Shown: positions 35,804-47,348, counted from the first letter of the stretch. The stretch is 64,000 nucleotides of DNA from Bacteroidales bacterium (GCA_021108035.1 JAIORQ010000025.1:2004-66003); one strand, 5' to 3'. Notes: generated from the sequence alone by a model not told the origin. Numbers and translations: made by a program.

Positions 35804-38800
35804 TTGTTCAGTTTAATTAACTCTAATACTATGAATTTTAAAATTTTAGCAACATCAATTTTATTATTTTTCATACATTTTTCTTCAGCACAAACTGCCC
35901 CCGGGGGAATCGGCAATTCAGACGGCTCTGACGGGCAACCTGAACTGAAACTTTGGCTTTTACCTGATTCTCTGGGATTGTCAAACGGAAGCGACGTAAC
36001 GAGTTGGACAGATTATTCCGGAAACAATAATAACCTCACTCAAGGAAATACATTGTATACTCCTGTCTTCAGGTCTAATGCAGTTAACGGGCATGACTAT
36101 TTAGAGTTTTCAAAAAGTTTAAACAGGATTGTTCGAAATCCATTTGATATGCCTGCAGATGCTGTTTCAGTTTTTTATATTTTAAGGACTTCTAATGCAA
36201 CCGGTGATGCAATATTGTCATATAATACAGCCGGTCAAGACAATGCATATCTGATTTACCAAAGTAGTGATATGAGAACTTATGTTAACAATAATGTTAA
36301 CAATTCAGGATTAAACTATGCAGACGGAAATTGGAAAATATATACTCATCAGTGGAGAAGTTCTGACGGAAGATTATTGACACATTTAGACGGAACTGAA
36401 AGTTTAAATACAAACCATCAATCAGGTGCTGTTATTGGAGCCGGCGGCTCATTAGCGATCGGGGGAGAACAAGACTCACCTGACGGAGGATATGATGCAG
36501 CACAAGATTATGAGGGAGATATTGCCGAAATGATCATGTTTGGATCTTCTTTAAAACAAGCTCAAAGAGTTGTAATTGAAAACTATTTGGCACAAAAATA
36601 TGCCATGGATGCAAATCTTCCGGTTGACAGATATGTACCTGCTGATGCAAGCTATGTTGTTTCATTAACAGGTATGGGAAAAGAGAGTGACGGAACAATA
36701 GAATCAGAATGTGACGGTTTAGTAATTTCTCAAAACGGTGGTTTTGATAACGGAGAATATATATTTTCGGCACATGACGGAACTTCTAATTTGGAGGCTG
36801 ATATTAACAGAACATCTGAAGTTACTAACTCAGGTGCTGCAGCAGCATGGAACAGAAGTTGGTATGTTGATAAGTACGGCGGAATGAATGCCAAAATTGC
36901 TTTCGATTTGGGCGATGGAATTAACGGGCAAAATCCGGGTGAACTTGCAAATTATGTTTTATTATACAGAGCTGATTTAGTCAGTGATTATGCATACGCT
37001 ACGATTGATTCTAAAGGATTCCAAAATGGAGATCAAATATATTTTGCCTTAACAGATGCCAATTTATCTGATGGCTATTACACTTTGGGAACAACAGATG
37101 AAACTGCCGGCCCTTTGATAGGAGTTGCTGCAAGAAATTGGTATACCCTTATCAGCGGTGACTGGGAAGATTGGGAAGTTTGGACACTTGATCCTTCAGG
37201 AGCATTACCTAATAACCCCGGACAAGATATCCCGGCTTCATCTGATAATGTCTATATTTTAACCGGTAAGACTGTTACCGTTAATTCTGATAATTTATCA
37301 AATCCAATCTTATCTGTTGAAGGGCGTGTTGATTTTCAATCTACTGTAAATCATAGTTTTGGTGAGATTAACGGGAATGGAAGAATTTTATTAAGTGCTG
37401 ATGAATTCCCAAGCGGAGATGCTTCTCATTTTTACAGTACAGGGCAAGGTGAAGGGACTGTTGAATATTACGGTACAAGTTTTATTTTGAACCGGTCACT
37501 TGAATTTTATAACTTGGTGATCAATATGGATGATGCTGTTCAAACATTGACATTATTAAATAACTATACTATCAATAATTATTTGAGAATAGAACAGGGT
37601 GTATTTCAAATTAATGATAATAGTTCAACAACAAATCTGATCATTGATATTTCAGGTGATATTAATATAATAGCAAACGGAAGTATTACAACCGGTTCAG
37701 GTAATGCCAGACATCAATTAAATTCATACGGTGATTTTATTAATTACGGTTCTGTTGCATTTACTAACAGAGCTGCAGCAAATTATTCAAGTGAAGCAAC
37801 TGACGGTATTGTTGATTATAATGCTTTGAATAATACGGCAAATCAAAGAATACAATGTAAAAACACAAGTATTTTTTACAGAATTGAAATTGATAAAGGA
37901 ATAGACGATACATATGAACTATCAATAGAATCAGACAATCCGACATATTTTTCATTATTCGGATATGCAAACCAAGGTCATGCAAGTGTTGCTCAATTGA
38001 CTGATAATGATAATGCGCTGGGTCTTGTAAAAGGTACGGTGAGATTAAAAACGAATGTTGATGTTCCTGTTTTAAATAATACCGGGAATTACAATATTTC
38101 TGAAGCAGCTCGACTTTGGGTAGATGGCGGTACAGCCGGAAAATCTACAGGAATAGCTATTGTACCGTATGGTGTGGCTAAAATCACCGCAGGTACATTT
38201 GAATCAACTGTTCCCAGTGGTTTTACTTTGAGAGATAACGGAACAGTAAGAGTTGAAGGCGGAATTTTAAATACAAATCAAATTAGAACATCTGTTTTAG
38301 GTGCAGGAAATGTCGGCGGATATTATCAATCCGGCGGTACAGCAAATCTTTTGGGTGGAAACACAAATCCTGATTATTATGTTTTCAACCTGACTTATGC
38401 CGGAAATGTTTTCACTATGACAGGGGGGACGCTTCATATCCATGAATCTCATGGTAAAGGAGGTATCTTTATTAATTCAGACGACGGAAATTATAATGTA
38501 ACAGGCGGTACGGTTATCTGTGAAATAAGCGATACTGAAGATTTTACAATTACATCAAAAGCACCGTTTTGGGATGTTATTTTAAGAAACTCTTTGGCAA
38601 ATTCTAATGAGATTATTTTAGACGAAGGTGTTGACGTAGGCTCTACGGATGTAAATTTAGCAGCACAACCCTTAAATGTCTTAAATGACCTGACTGTTGA
38701 AACAGATGCAATATTAAATGCGAATAGTTTCGATGTTAAGATTGGTGACGATTTTGATTTTGAAAGTGGTGCCACTTACACACACGGCGGGAATACGACT

Positions 38801-41800
38801 TGGTTTCATGAAAGAGGGCATACTGCACTTATTCGTGTGAGAGATGTTGCCTCAACAAATCCTTTAGTCTTTAACAATGTAACCATTGATAAAGATCAAA
38901 GGTATAATCCTTCATTGTTCAGGAGGGTTCAAGTTAGTAGTGGATCAAGAACATCTACAAATTCAGCTATTTTAATCGAAGGAAATCTGTTAATTTCCAG
39001 AGGAGAGTTTGATACAGAAGATTATGAAGTTAATCTTGAAGGGAATATTGAAATTGTTGAAGGACAAATTATTACTACAGGTTCTGAATTAGGCAGGATT
39101 GAGTTAATTAACGGGTCTGCACAGCATACTTTGAAAGGAGCGTTTGGTAAAGAACAATATTTTGGACATATTGAATTGAATGATGCATTGGGAGTAAGTT
39201 TAGTCTCAGATGTAAATTGTGTTGAAATTACACTTACCGACGGTATGTTTGATTTAAATGAATATAATTTAACAGTATCAGGAAGTATAAATAATTATAG
39301 TAGTGCCCGTTATTTCAGAACATCAGGTAATGCTTCTGACGGAGGACTTACTATTGAAATGACTTTAAGCGGTACCTACGGTGCGGATCAATTAGTAGCA
39401 TTTTTTCCGGTCGGAGTAGTCGGATATACTCCCGGAGAAGTTTATATAGATGATTATACTTTACCCGGAGACCTTTCGGGTTCTATACAAGTTAATCCTG
39501 TAAATACATATCATCCGGCAACCAGAAACCCGAGTAATGTTTTGCATTACTATTGGATGAGCGAAGAAACCGGATTTTCTTCAATACCAAATGATAATGC
39601 CTATTATCGTTTTATTTATTCATCAAATGTACATAATTCACGTCATGAACATGTATTATTTGATAATGTATGGGTTGATGCAAATTCAGGCATAAATAAT
39701 TCACCCATCTTAGAGTTTAAAGAAGCAACATTTGGAATTATTGACGGAGAATTTACTGCCGGCCAAAATGGAGAATTTAATAACAGAAGGTTGTTATATT
39801 CAAGACAATCAGGCACATGGCATGATCTTAATACATGGTCTGAAGATCCTCACGGAGGAACACAAGATCCCTTAACAGGAAATCTTCCGGAAGCATCCGA
39901 TATTTGTATTGTTGGAGAAGGACACAGAATTAATGTTTCAACCGGAAGCGCAGCAATAGATATTGCAAAACTTCAGTTTGAACATGATACTATAGTTTCA
40001 CACGGGATTGAAGATTTACCGAGAGTTCAAGTAGATGTCAATAATACAGGAAATTTTTACAAAGTTACTGGAACAGGTATTTTTACACAGTGGATTGATA
40101 ATGCAAATGATCCTGTAATAACAGGTGATTTTGGTGATTTCTCTGAACAAAAATATAGTTGGTTCTTATATGTAGCAAGTGCTGCAAATGTGGATTTACC
40201 AACTTCACCTCGTGTTTATCCCGGTGTAATGATAGAGGGTAACGGTAACAGAGCAACTTTTACTGAAGATATTATTATAAATCGTCATTTAAATCCGAGA
40301 GGAAATTCAATTGTATCTGCGAATACAGGAGCAGGTGGTGATATACTTATTAAGGGCGATCTTTGGTTAGGTGATTGGCAAGACGGAAAATTGGAGTTTG
40401 GATCAACTGGTACAGAAAGGACAATTACTATTGAAGGAAATATTGATTATACACAGAATGTCACAGTGCCCACTAATTATAGAGAAATATTGGTTGACAA
40501 TACAACACCTTCATCATTAGAACATGAAATTATCCTTTACGGAAACATTATTCAAGAAGATGGTATTTTAGATTTGTATAATGCCGGAGCTACTGCTAAT
40601 AATGCAATACTAAGATTAGTCGGAGACTCAAATGCAACATTTGAAAGAACCGGAGCAGAAGTAACTGATTTGTATCGAATTGTTATGAATAAATATGAAG
40701 GAGATAATTTTAACTTTAATGATTCTTTTACTTTAGGAGGGCCTACAGACAGTGATCCGAAAGCCCTTGAATTAATCAGCGGAGATCTTACCTTGAATGA
40801 CAACAACATTGATATCACCTTGAACAGTGGCGGGGCTGATTTTAAAATTCCTCAAGAATCTTCGTTTCAAGTCAACAGGGGTATTGTAAGAGTTTCGGGA
40901 AGCAATACCGGAATATGGCTGGACGGAGAAATGACCGTAGGATATGGTAGTGAGTGGTTCATCAATGAAGGTACAAATAATTACATTGAGTATACATCTT
41001 CAGGAAATTCCCAAATTGATATCAATAACGGAGATTTATACGTAGGAACGCAAATAAGACGTTCTTTGTCTGCTGATGAGGGAATATTAAATTTCCATCA
41101 AGACCATTCAGGCTCAATAGTTATGATAGGAACAGATGCTACAATTCCTGCAAACGGAAGAGCTACTTTTGATCTGGCCAATACAGGAAGTCTGTTTGGA
41201 CAAGCAGCTAATTCAGTTTTAATAATTGAAAATCCACCGATAGGTGCAGCTGATCCGGCTGTTTATATTAATCTTGATCTGGTTGATAATCCTTCTGCAG
41301 CTACATTAATGGCAGGTTCTTCAATTCAGTTGGGAGGAACAAATACACAAACGGGGCAGGAACTCAGCATATATTCTAATATTGATTTAGTTAATTTAAC
41401 TTTAGATAATAGCAGCACAAACGATCCTACAGCAAAAATATGGACACTTCCGATTACATTATCCGAAAATTTAACAATTGATGCAGGAGCAACGTTTGAT
41501 GCAAACGGATTTCAAATTAATATTGCTGGAGATTTCACAAACAATGGAACTTATACAGCAAATAATAATATTGTAGTGTTTGACGGAACTGTTGATCAAA
41601 ATATTACAGGAGTAACAGATTTTTATAATTTAACAAAAGATCCGAATGTAAACACATTGATCTTAAATAATGATATAACCGTAAACAACGAATTAAAATT
41701 AAATACAGGAACCTTAAATGATGGTGATAATACACTTCACGCAAAAGGAAATGTATGGATGGATGCTGCCCATATTTGGGGCGGGACAAGTGACGGAATT

Positions 41801-44800
41801 GTATTTGACGGAACAGAGACTCAAGTTCTGCAAAGTGAAGACGGAATTGCTGCTTTCGCAAAACTATCAATAAATAATTCCGGTGGTGCAAATGGTATTG
41901 CTGTTTTAGTTCCTGAAGGAAATACCATATCAATTGATGATATGTTGCAGATGGAAAACGGTATTTTTGATATAGGTAAAAACCTAATCGTTTTAGATTC
42001 CGATGCATCAATTAATGAAATGAATGCATTTTCAGCTTTCAATATGATCCAAACAAATATTTCATTTACGGATGCAGGGATTAAGAAATTCTTTCCTGCT
42101 GTTTCAAGTTCAACTACATTTATTTATCCGATCGGCTCTGCAGGAAAATATACACCGGTTGAGTTTACGATTGATGCAGTAGATGCAGGAGGATATATCA
42201 GAGTGAAAGCTGCAGATGAGATTCATCCGACCATTGTTAATGATGATGAACCTTGTGATAATATTATTGATTCATTAAATGTATTAAAATATCACTGGCT
42301 GCTTGTTGCTGACGGAATTAATAATTTCTCTGCATCGGTAAGTATGACCTTTGATCCTGACGATATTCAAATAGACAATTCTTTAAGCGGAACAACATAT
42401 GATATTACAAGTTATATTGCTGCAAGGTTATTGTTGACAAGTACTTTATGGAACAAATTTGACCCTAACAGTTTTGATGAAGATGCTGATCGTTTGATCT
42501 TTTCTTATATCGGTACAAATGATGACGGTATAAGCGGTGATTACACAGCCGGAATTGAAGATCAAGACGGTACATGTGAAGGTGCTATTCCTGATCAAGT
42601 TCCCTCTTATGTTACTATAAACGACGGTGATTGGACTGATGAAACAATTTGGGATACCTATCCTACAGCCGGAGGTACTGTACCTGCAGGCGGACCGAGA
42701 GGAGCTGTTGCTTTGGTTGAGCATGATGTTACTTTACCTCAAAATTATATTTTAAATTATAAAACTACTATCGATACAGGTGCAGTTAATAACGGAATAA
42801 TTAGAGTGAACAATACATTCGGACACAGATTGGGTATTGTTGACGGCATTGGAACTTTACATACATTCAGAGGTACAATTCCTGCCGGTGTATATGATGA
42901 CTTTTTCAGTACAAGCGGAGGAACCCTTGAATTTGCAGGTACCAACGATTATGATCTCTTAAGTGAGATTGTGAGTGTTAATAATTTGACATTCAGCGGA
43001 ACAGGTGAACGACGACTTCCGAATTTAGATCTGCAAATACTGGGTGATTTATTCATTAACGGGCCTGATCTTATTAACGAGCACAATGAGAAATTAAGAG
43101 TAAAAGGAGATATTACATTTGACGCGGGGACCTTTAATACCGGTTTCGGAACGGAAGCTGTGATTGTAATGAATGGTGATTCTCCTCAGGTGATTGCCGG
43201 TACTCAATCGTTTACTACTGTTACAAATGATTTCAACAATCTGGATATTGATAATTCTGCAGGTGTTACTTTAAATAAGCCCTTGGATCTTTTTGATCAT
43301 CTGACCTTCAGTACAGGAATTATTTTTACGGATAATGTCAATATTTTGAATTTGATGAATACTGATGAAGATATTGTCACAGGTGCAGGTACCGGTAAAT
43401 TTGTTGACGGTCCGTTAAATAAAGAAATGCTTTCTTCAGGAAATTTTAATTATCCTGTGGGAAATTCGAGCAGATACGGTAATATTGTATTATTAGGAGT
43501 CGGTGATAATGCTACATATCTAGCTGAGTATTATAATTATAATCCGGGTATTGACGGTTATGATCCTTTAAGTTTTAAAAATCCTTTACAAGTTATAAGT
43601 GATAATGAATACTGGAGAGTATACAGTTCGGTTGCAACTACTGCAAAAGTTACTGTAAGATGGGATGCACTAAGCGGTATGTATTCAGGTGATATTGATG
43701 ATATGGAAATTGCCTTATGGAATACAACAAATCAATGGGAAAGAGAAGATCCGATTAATGTTGTTGTCGGAGATGCTACATCAGGAACAATTACTTTGGG
43801 AAGTAATTCATCTTTTAATGAATTTGGAAATGGTAACTATTTCACAATATCCTCTGTTTATTCACCACTTATTTTAACTTGGGACGGATCAGTATCGACT
43901 GTTTGGAATGAACCCGATAATTGGACTCCTGCAAATGTGCCTACTCAATTAGATGATATCGATATCCCTGATGTAACAAACGATCCTGCAATTTCTGTTG
44001 CAGCTGATTGTAATGCAATTAACACTTTAGTTTCAGGTGCGACTTTAACAATTAATCCGGGAGCTTCACTTACAGTTCATGGTGATTTTACAAATAACGG
44101 GGATGTATATATACTTTCTCCTTCTGATGCAACAGCAAGCGGATCATTAATTGATAACGGAGTGATAAACGGAACCGGAAACTTCCATGTTGAACGATTT
44201 TTAACTGCAAATGAATATCATTATATATCTTCTCCGATAGAATTAGGAGGAAATGCAAATTCTGATTTATTTACGATTCATGGTTCTGGAAATTTTAACC
44301 CAAATTTCTATGGCTATAATGAAACTTATGATTTAGACGGTAACCCGAGTACAGCTCCTTCAGGTGCTTTTGATTCTGACAGCTTGGTAGTCGCATGGTA
44401 TGAAGCTCATAATGGAGATGGTGGGGCTGCTGTGAATATGGAACTTGGAAAAGGATATTCATATTGGGATTATGCAACTAAAGATGTGACTTTCTCAGGT
44501 ACTGTGAATACAGGAACACAAGATATCACAAATTTGCCGTATACTGATAATGATCCGGTTGCAGGTACGCTTCCGAATTATTATGACGGTTGGAATCTTA
44601 TTGGAAATCCATATCCGTCTGCTATTGACTGGGACTTGATAGATGATGGTATTGTTACTATGGATAATGCGATCTATGTATGGGACGGTACACAATATGC
44701 AAGTTATGTAAATGGTATTTCCGGAGGAAGCGGAAATCAAAACAATGAAATTGCTCCTATGCAAGGATTCTTTGTTCATGCTACAGCGAATAATGCTTCT

Positions 44801-46156
44801 GTTAACTTAAATAACTCACATCGAATTCATAGCAGTGATCCTTATCTTAAATCAGGTAAAGAAGAAGAAACGGAGAACTTTTTGAAACTGTCAATTGCCG
44901 GTAACGGTTATGAAGATAAAACAATTGTTTATTTGAAAAATAATGCCACAGAAGTATTTGATCCAAACTACGATGCATATCGGATTTTCTCCTCTTATCC
45001 TAATGTACCTCATATATATACGCTTATTGAAAACAATCAAATACCTCTTTCTGTTAATGCAATGAACCTTGAAACAGATGAAGATATAGAGATTCCGATC
45101 GGTGTAAAAGTTCAGACTGCAGGGACATATACAATATCTCTTGAAGTATACAATACATTTGAAAATATAAATCTGTATTTTGAAGATAAAGAGGAAGAAA
45201 TATTTATACCGATTGAAAGCATAGGTGATTATCAATTTTATTTTAACGGAGGTACATTAGCCGATAGATTTGTTTTGCAAAAAAAACGTAATAATGCTCC
45301 TATCGTTCAAAATGTCATTCCGATGCAGGAGATATATGAAGATGAAACATCTGATTTCAAGATCAATAAAAACACATTTACAGAAATCGATCTTGGTGAT
45401 GAAATAATAAGATATGAAGCTAAAATGGCATCCGGAGAAGAGCTGCCTGAGTGGTTAAGTTTTGATCAAGATAAGTTGAATTTCAACGCAATACCGGGTA
45501 ATAGTGAAGTAGGTGAGTATCTTATTAAAGTTTCAGCATTTGATACACATGATGCTGAGGGTAGTACAGAATTCTTACTTATTGTTATTAATACAAATGA
45601 TGCTCCTTATGTTGCAAATCATATCGAAGATCAAAGTACAGAATCAGGACAATTATATGTTTTTATTATCCCTGAAAATGTTTTTGATGATATAGATGTA
45701 AACGACAAATTAACTGTTTACACTGAAAAATTACCTGATTGGCTTACATTTTTACCCGATTCAAGAACTCTGACGGGAAACCCTGATATGACAGGAGAAT
45801 ATAAGATTGAGATTTTTGCGAAAGATATTGCCGGAGCAACTGCATCTGACATTTTTGAATTAGAAGTATATAGTGCAACAAGTATTGAGAATAATGATAT
45901 TGAAGTAATAAACATTTACCCGAATCCTAACAACGGTATATTTACCTTTGATATTAGTGAGACTGTTTTTAAAGACGGTTTGTATTTAAATATTACAAAT
46001 ATTACCGGAAGAAAAATATTTACTCATAAAATTACAGGAAAACAAACAAAGATTGATATTAGTGAACACCCCAAAGGAGTTTACTTTTTAAATCTGTTTT
46101 CCGGTAACAATACAATGAATTTCAATAAGATATCTTTTAAAGTTATACTGCACTGA
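35804..46156 (+). CDS. Giant (3450 aa) T9SS-secreted cell-surface adhesin-like protein. Signal peptide, N-terminal LamG/concanavalin-like domain, long Gly/Asn/Thr-rich beta-helix-like repeat region, two cadherin-like/He_PIG Ig domains, C-terminal Por_Secre_tail (T9SS CTD)
   Basis: Signal MFSLINSNTMNFKILATSILLFFIHFSSAQ. LamG-like region (DGNWKIYTHQWRSSDGRLLTHLDG...DIAEMIMFGSSL). C-terminal Ig-like domains (NDAPYVANHIEDQSTESG...TLTGNPDMTGEYKIEIFAKDIAGATASD). Terminal INIYPNPNNGIFTFDI...GVYFLNLFSGNNTMNFNKISFKV is a classic T9SS sorting domain. One uninterrupted 10.35-kb ORF. Confidence 0.8.
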   Translation: MFSLINSNTMNFKILATSILLFFIHFSSAQTAPGGIGNSDGSDGQPELKLWLLPDSLGLSNGSDVTSWTDYSGNNNNLTQGNTLYTPVFRSNAVNGHDYLEFSKSLNRIVRNPFDMPADAVSVFYILRTSNATGDAILSYNTAGQDNAYLIYQSSDMRTYVNNNVNNSGLNYADGNWKIYTHQWRSSDGRLLTHLDGTESLNTNHQSGAVIGAGGSLAIGGEQDSPDGGYDAAQDYEGDIAEMIMFGSSLKQAQRVVIENYLAQKYAMDANLPVDRYVPADASYVVSLTGMGKESDGTIESECDGLVISQNGGFDNGEYIFSAHDGTSNLEADINRTSEVTNSGAAAAWNRSWYVDKYGGMNAKIAFDLGDGINGQNPGELANYVLLYRADLVSDYAYATIDSKGFQNGDQIYFALTDANLSDGYYTLGTTDETAGPLIGVAARNWYTLISGDWEDWEVWTLDPSGALPNNPGQDIPASSDNVYILTGKTVTVNSDNLSNPILSVEGRVDFQSTVNHSFGEINGNGRILLSADEFPSGDASHFYSTGQGEGTVEYYGTSFILNRSLEFYNLVINMDDAVQTLTLLNNYTINNYLRIEQGVFQINDNSSTTNLIIDISGDINIIANGSITTGSGNARHQLNSYGDFINYGSVAFTNRAAANYSSEATDGIVDYNALNNTANQRIQCKNTSIFYRIEIDKGIDDTYELSIESDNPTYFSLFGYANQGHASVAQLTDNDNALGLVKGTVRLKTNVDVPVLNNTGNYNISEAARLWVDGGTAGKSTGIAIVPYGVAKITAGTFESTVPSGFTLRDNGTVRVEGGILNTNQIRTSVLGAGNVGGYYQSGGTANLLGGNTNPDYYVFNLTYAGNVFTMTGGTLHIHESHGKGGIFINSDDGNYNVTGGTVICEISDTEDFTITSKAPFWDVILRNSLANSNEIILDEGVDVGSTDVNLAAQPLNVLNDLTVETDAILNANSFDVKIGDDFDFESGATYTHGGNTTWFHERGHTALIRVRDVASTNPLVFNNVTIDKDQRYNPSLFRRVQVSSGSRTSTNSAILIEGNLLISRGEFDTEDYEVNLEGNIEIVEGQIITTGSELGRIELINGSAQHTLKGAFGKEQYFGHIELNDALGVSLVSDVNCVEITLTDGMFDLNEYNLTVSGSINNYSSARYFRTSGNASDGGLTIEMTLSGTYGADQLVAFFPVGVVGYTPGEVYIDDYTLPGDLSGSIQVNPVNTYHPATRNPSNVLHYYWMSEETGFSSIPNDNAYYRFIYSSNVHNSRHEHVLFDNVWVDANSGINNSPILEFKEATFGIIDGEFTAGQNGEFNNRRLLYSRQSGTWHDLNTWSEDPHGGTQDPLTGNLPEASDICIVGEGHRINVSTGSAAIDIAKLQFEHDTIVSHGIEDLPRVQVDVNNTGNFYKVTGTGIFTQWIDNANDPVITGDFGDFSEQKYSWFLYVASAANVDLPTSPRVYPGVMIEGNGNRATFTEDIIINRHLNPRGNSIVSANTGAGGDILIKGDLWLGDWQDGKLEFGSTGTERTITIEGNIDYTQNVTVPTNYREILVDNTTPSSLEHEIILYGNIIQEDGILDLYNAGATANNAILRLVGDSNATFERTGAEVTDLYRIVMNKYEGDNFNFNDSFTLGGPTDSDPKALELISGDLTLNDNNIDITLNSGGADFKIPQESSFQVNRGIVRVSGSNTGIWLDGEMTVGYGSEWFINEGTNNYIEYTSSGNSQIDINNGDLYVGTQIRRSLSADEGILNFHQDHSGSIVMIGTDATIPANGRATFDLANTGSLFGQAANSVLIIENPPIGAADPAVYINLDLVDNPSAATLMAGSSIQLGGTNTQTGQELSIYSNIDLVNLTLDNSSTNDPTAKIWTLPITLSENLTIDAGATFDANGFQINIAGDFTNNGTYTANNNIVVFDGTVDQNITGVTDFYNLTKDPNVNTLILNNDITVNNELKLNTGTLNDGDNTLHAKGNVWMDAAHIWGGTSDGIVFDGTETQVLQSEDGIAAFAKLSINNSGGANGIAVLVPEGNTISIDDMLQMENGIFDIGKNLIVLDSDASINEMNAFSAFNMIQTNISFTDAGIKKFFPAVSSSTTFIYPIGSAGKYTPVEFTIDAVDAGGYIRVKAADEIHPTIVNDDEPCDNIIDSLNVLKYHWLLVADGINNFSASVSMTFDPDDIQIDNSLSGTTYDITSYIAARLLLTSTLWNKFDPNSFDEDADRLIFSYIGTNDDGISGDYTAGIEDQDGTCEGAIPDQVPSYVTINDGDWTDETIWDTYPTAGGTVPAGGPRGAVALVEHDVTLPQNYILNYKTTIDTGAVNNGIIRVNNTFGHRLGIVDGIGTLHTFRGTIPAGVYDDFFSTSGGTLEFAGTNDYDLLSEIVSVNNLTFSGTGERRLPNLDLQILGDLFINGPDLINEHNEKLRVKGDITFDAGTFNTGFGTEAVIVMNGDSPQVIAGTQSFTTVTNDFNNLDIDNSAGVTLNKPLDLFDHLTFSTGIIFTDNVNILNLMNTDEDIVTGAGTGKFVDGPLNKEMLSSGNFNYPVGNSSRYGNIVLLGVGDNATYLAEYYNYNPGIDGYDPLSFKNPLQVISDNEYWRVYSSVATTAKVTVRWDALSGMYSGDIDDMEIALWNTTNQWEREDPINVVVGDATSGTITLGSNSSFNEFGNGNYFTISSVYSPLILTWDGSVSTVWNEPDNWTPANVPTQLDDIDIPDVTNDPAISVAADCNAINTLVSGATLTINPGASLTVHGDFTNNGDVYILSPSDATASGSLIDNGVINGTGNFHVERFLTANEYHYISSPIELGGNANSDLFTIHGSGNFNPNFYGYNETYDLDGNPSTAPSGAFDSDSLVVAWYEAHNGDGGAAVNMELGKGYSYWDYATKDVTFSGTVNTGTQDITNLPYTDNDPVAGTLPNYYDGWNLIGNPYPSAIDWDLIDDGIVTMDNAIYVWDGTQYASYVNGISGGSGNQNNEIAPMQGFFVHATANNASVNLNNSHRIHSSDPYLKSGKEEETENFLKLSIAGNGYEDKTIVYLKNNATEVFDPNYDAYRIFSSYPNVPHIYTLIENNQIPLSVNAMNLETDEDIEIPIGVKVQTAGTYTISLEVYNTFENINLYFEDKEEEIFIPIESIGDYQFYFNGGTLADRFVLQKKRNNAPIVQNVIPMQEIYEDETSDFKINKNTFTEIDLGDEIIRYEAKMASGEELPEWLSFDQDKLNFNAIPGNSEVGEYLIKVSAFDTHDAEGSTEFLLIVINTNDAPYVANHIEDQSTESGQLYVFIIPENVFDDIDVNDKLTVYTEKLPDWLTFLPDSRTLTGNPDMTGEYKIEIFAKDIAGATASDIFELEVYSATSIENNDIEVINIYPNPNNGIFTFDISETVFKDGLYLNITNITGRKIFTHKITGKQTKIDISEHPKGVYFLNLFSGNNTMNFNKISFKVILH

Positions 46157-46187
46157 TTTTATATATACAATAAGTAGGGAGAATTAT

Positions 46188-46216
46188 AAGGCAACTTTAT
46201 CAGTTGCCTTTTTTTT
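46188..46216 (+). terminator. Rho-independent terminator (aaggcaac-tttatca-gttgcctt + T8). Same stem sequence as the trxB terminator
   Basis: Directly after the giant-gene stop. Confidence 0.7.
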
Positions 46217-46270
46217 GCATAATTTATTTTGATTTTGTAATTTTGTAATTTACATAAAAACCAAGGGTAA

Positions 46271-46690
46271 ATGAAAGTTAATATTGATTTTTTATTCGTA
46301 CCGAAAGCTGATATTAATGAAGGTTTAACAAGCGGAACAGTTTCAAAATCTGCCATATACTTTACAAAAGAATATTTTTTTGTAATACCTTTTGGCAGTC
46401 TCCATATTTGGGATAATTCAAAAATGGATTTTAATAATGCAAAAGAGTTTATTGAAGATATAAATTCAAGAGCAGATTCAATTTCAGTTGAAGAATTTCA
46501 AAATAATTGTGTTGATTTTTTACCTAATGAAAGGGTATATAAAGTTGATGCATTGGAAAAATTCAGCATACAAGTCGGCTTTTTAATTTTTGGAGGAATG
46601 CGAATGAAAAAACCCGGAGAGCAAGTTCAAGCAGCAAATATCCAACCTAAATCGTTGCGAGCAGAAATTAAAAAATTCTATGGTTTATAA
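46271..46690 (+). CDS. Hypothetical protein (139 aa)
   Basis: ORF with non-repetitive composition and no recognisable domain. First gene after the adhesin terminator, upstream of the HEPN-like/AlbA_2 pair. Confidence 0.4.
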   Translation: MKVNIDFLFVPKADINEGLTSGTVSKSAIYFTKEYFFVIPFGSLHIWDNSKMDFNNAKEFIEDINSRADSISVEEFQNNCVDFLPNERVYKVDALEKFSIQVGFLIFGGMRMKKPGEQVQAANIQPKSLRAEIKKFYGL

Positions 46691-46865
46691 GATTCGGATT
46701 TTAGCATTATATCATTTTAGCATTTAAAAGTCTCTTAACCTGATATTAAAACCGTCCGAAATCAGAAAAACAAATAAAATCACATTTTTTCCCGCAAGTT
46801 TTTTATTTTTAATGTGTCATATTTAATATGTTATCATCAATTTTAAACTAAAAAAAATAAAAATC

Positions 46866-47348
46866 ATGACAGATTGGAATTTAATAATTCAAGGAAATAT
46901 AAGTTTACTTTGGATACAAGAAACTTTAAAGCCTGAAAATAGAAATAAAACAATAAATGAATTGCTGATAGATTTCAAAAATGAATACGAACAGACAGAA
47001 CCGTTAAATATAGGAACTTTGTTTATGGCAACCTATCTTTTATTTCTTTACCCAAGAGAAAGTGAAATCATAAATATTAATATAAGCAAGGCACAAATAT
47101 CTGATTTTTACATAAAAACAAAGGGAAATAAACAAAGTAATGAAACCGAGAATGAATATTTTATTCGTAGATTAAGAAATTCTATTGCACACGGTAATTT
47201 CATTATTGATACTGATTTAAAGATTAAATTTGAAGACAACAATAAATCAAAATCAAATCTTTTTGTTGCTGAAATACATTTACCTAAATTTGGCAAATTC
47301 ATTAATGAATTTATGCTTGAAGCTAAAAATCAACATTTCAATAAATGA
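46866..47348 (+). CDS. HEPN-like protein with Rx4H motif (Abi-type HEPN candidate RNase)
   Basis: 160 aa. FIRRLRNSIAHGNF contains R-N-S-I-A-H (Rx4H), the HEPN catalytic signature typical of AbiD/F/U-like proteins. Stop overlaps the downstream start (ATGA). Confidence 0.5.
   Translation: MTDWNLIIQGNISLLWIQETLKPENRNKTINELLIDFKNEYEQTEPLNIGTLFMATYLLFLYPRESEIININISKAQISDFYIKTKGNKQSNETENEYFIRRLRNSIAHGNFIIDTDLKIKFEDNNKSKSNLFVAEIHLPKFGKFINEFMLEAKNQHFNK

Noticed and set aside
36534-45915. About 15 short ORFs on the minus strand and in alternate plus frames inside the giant adhesin gene (e.g. 41604-42011, 44891-45235)
   Set aside because: All are embedded in a continuous 10.35-kb ORF with coherent domain architecture. 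Their translations are low-complexity. Shadow ORFs.
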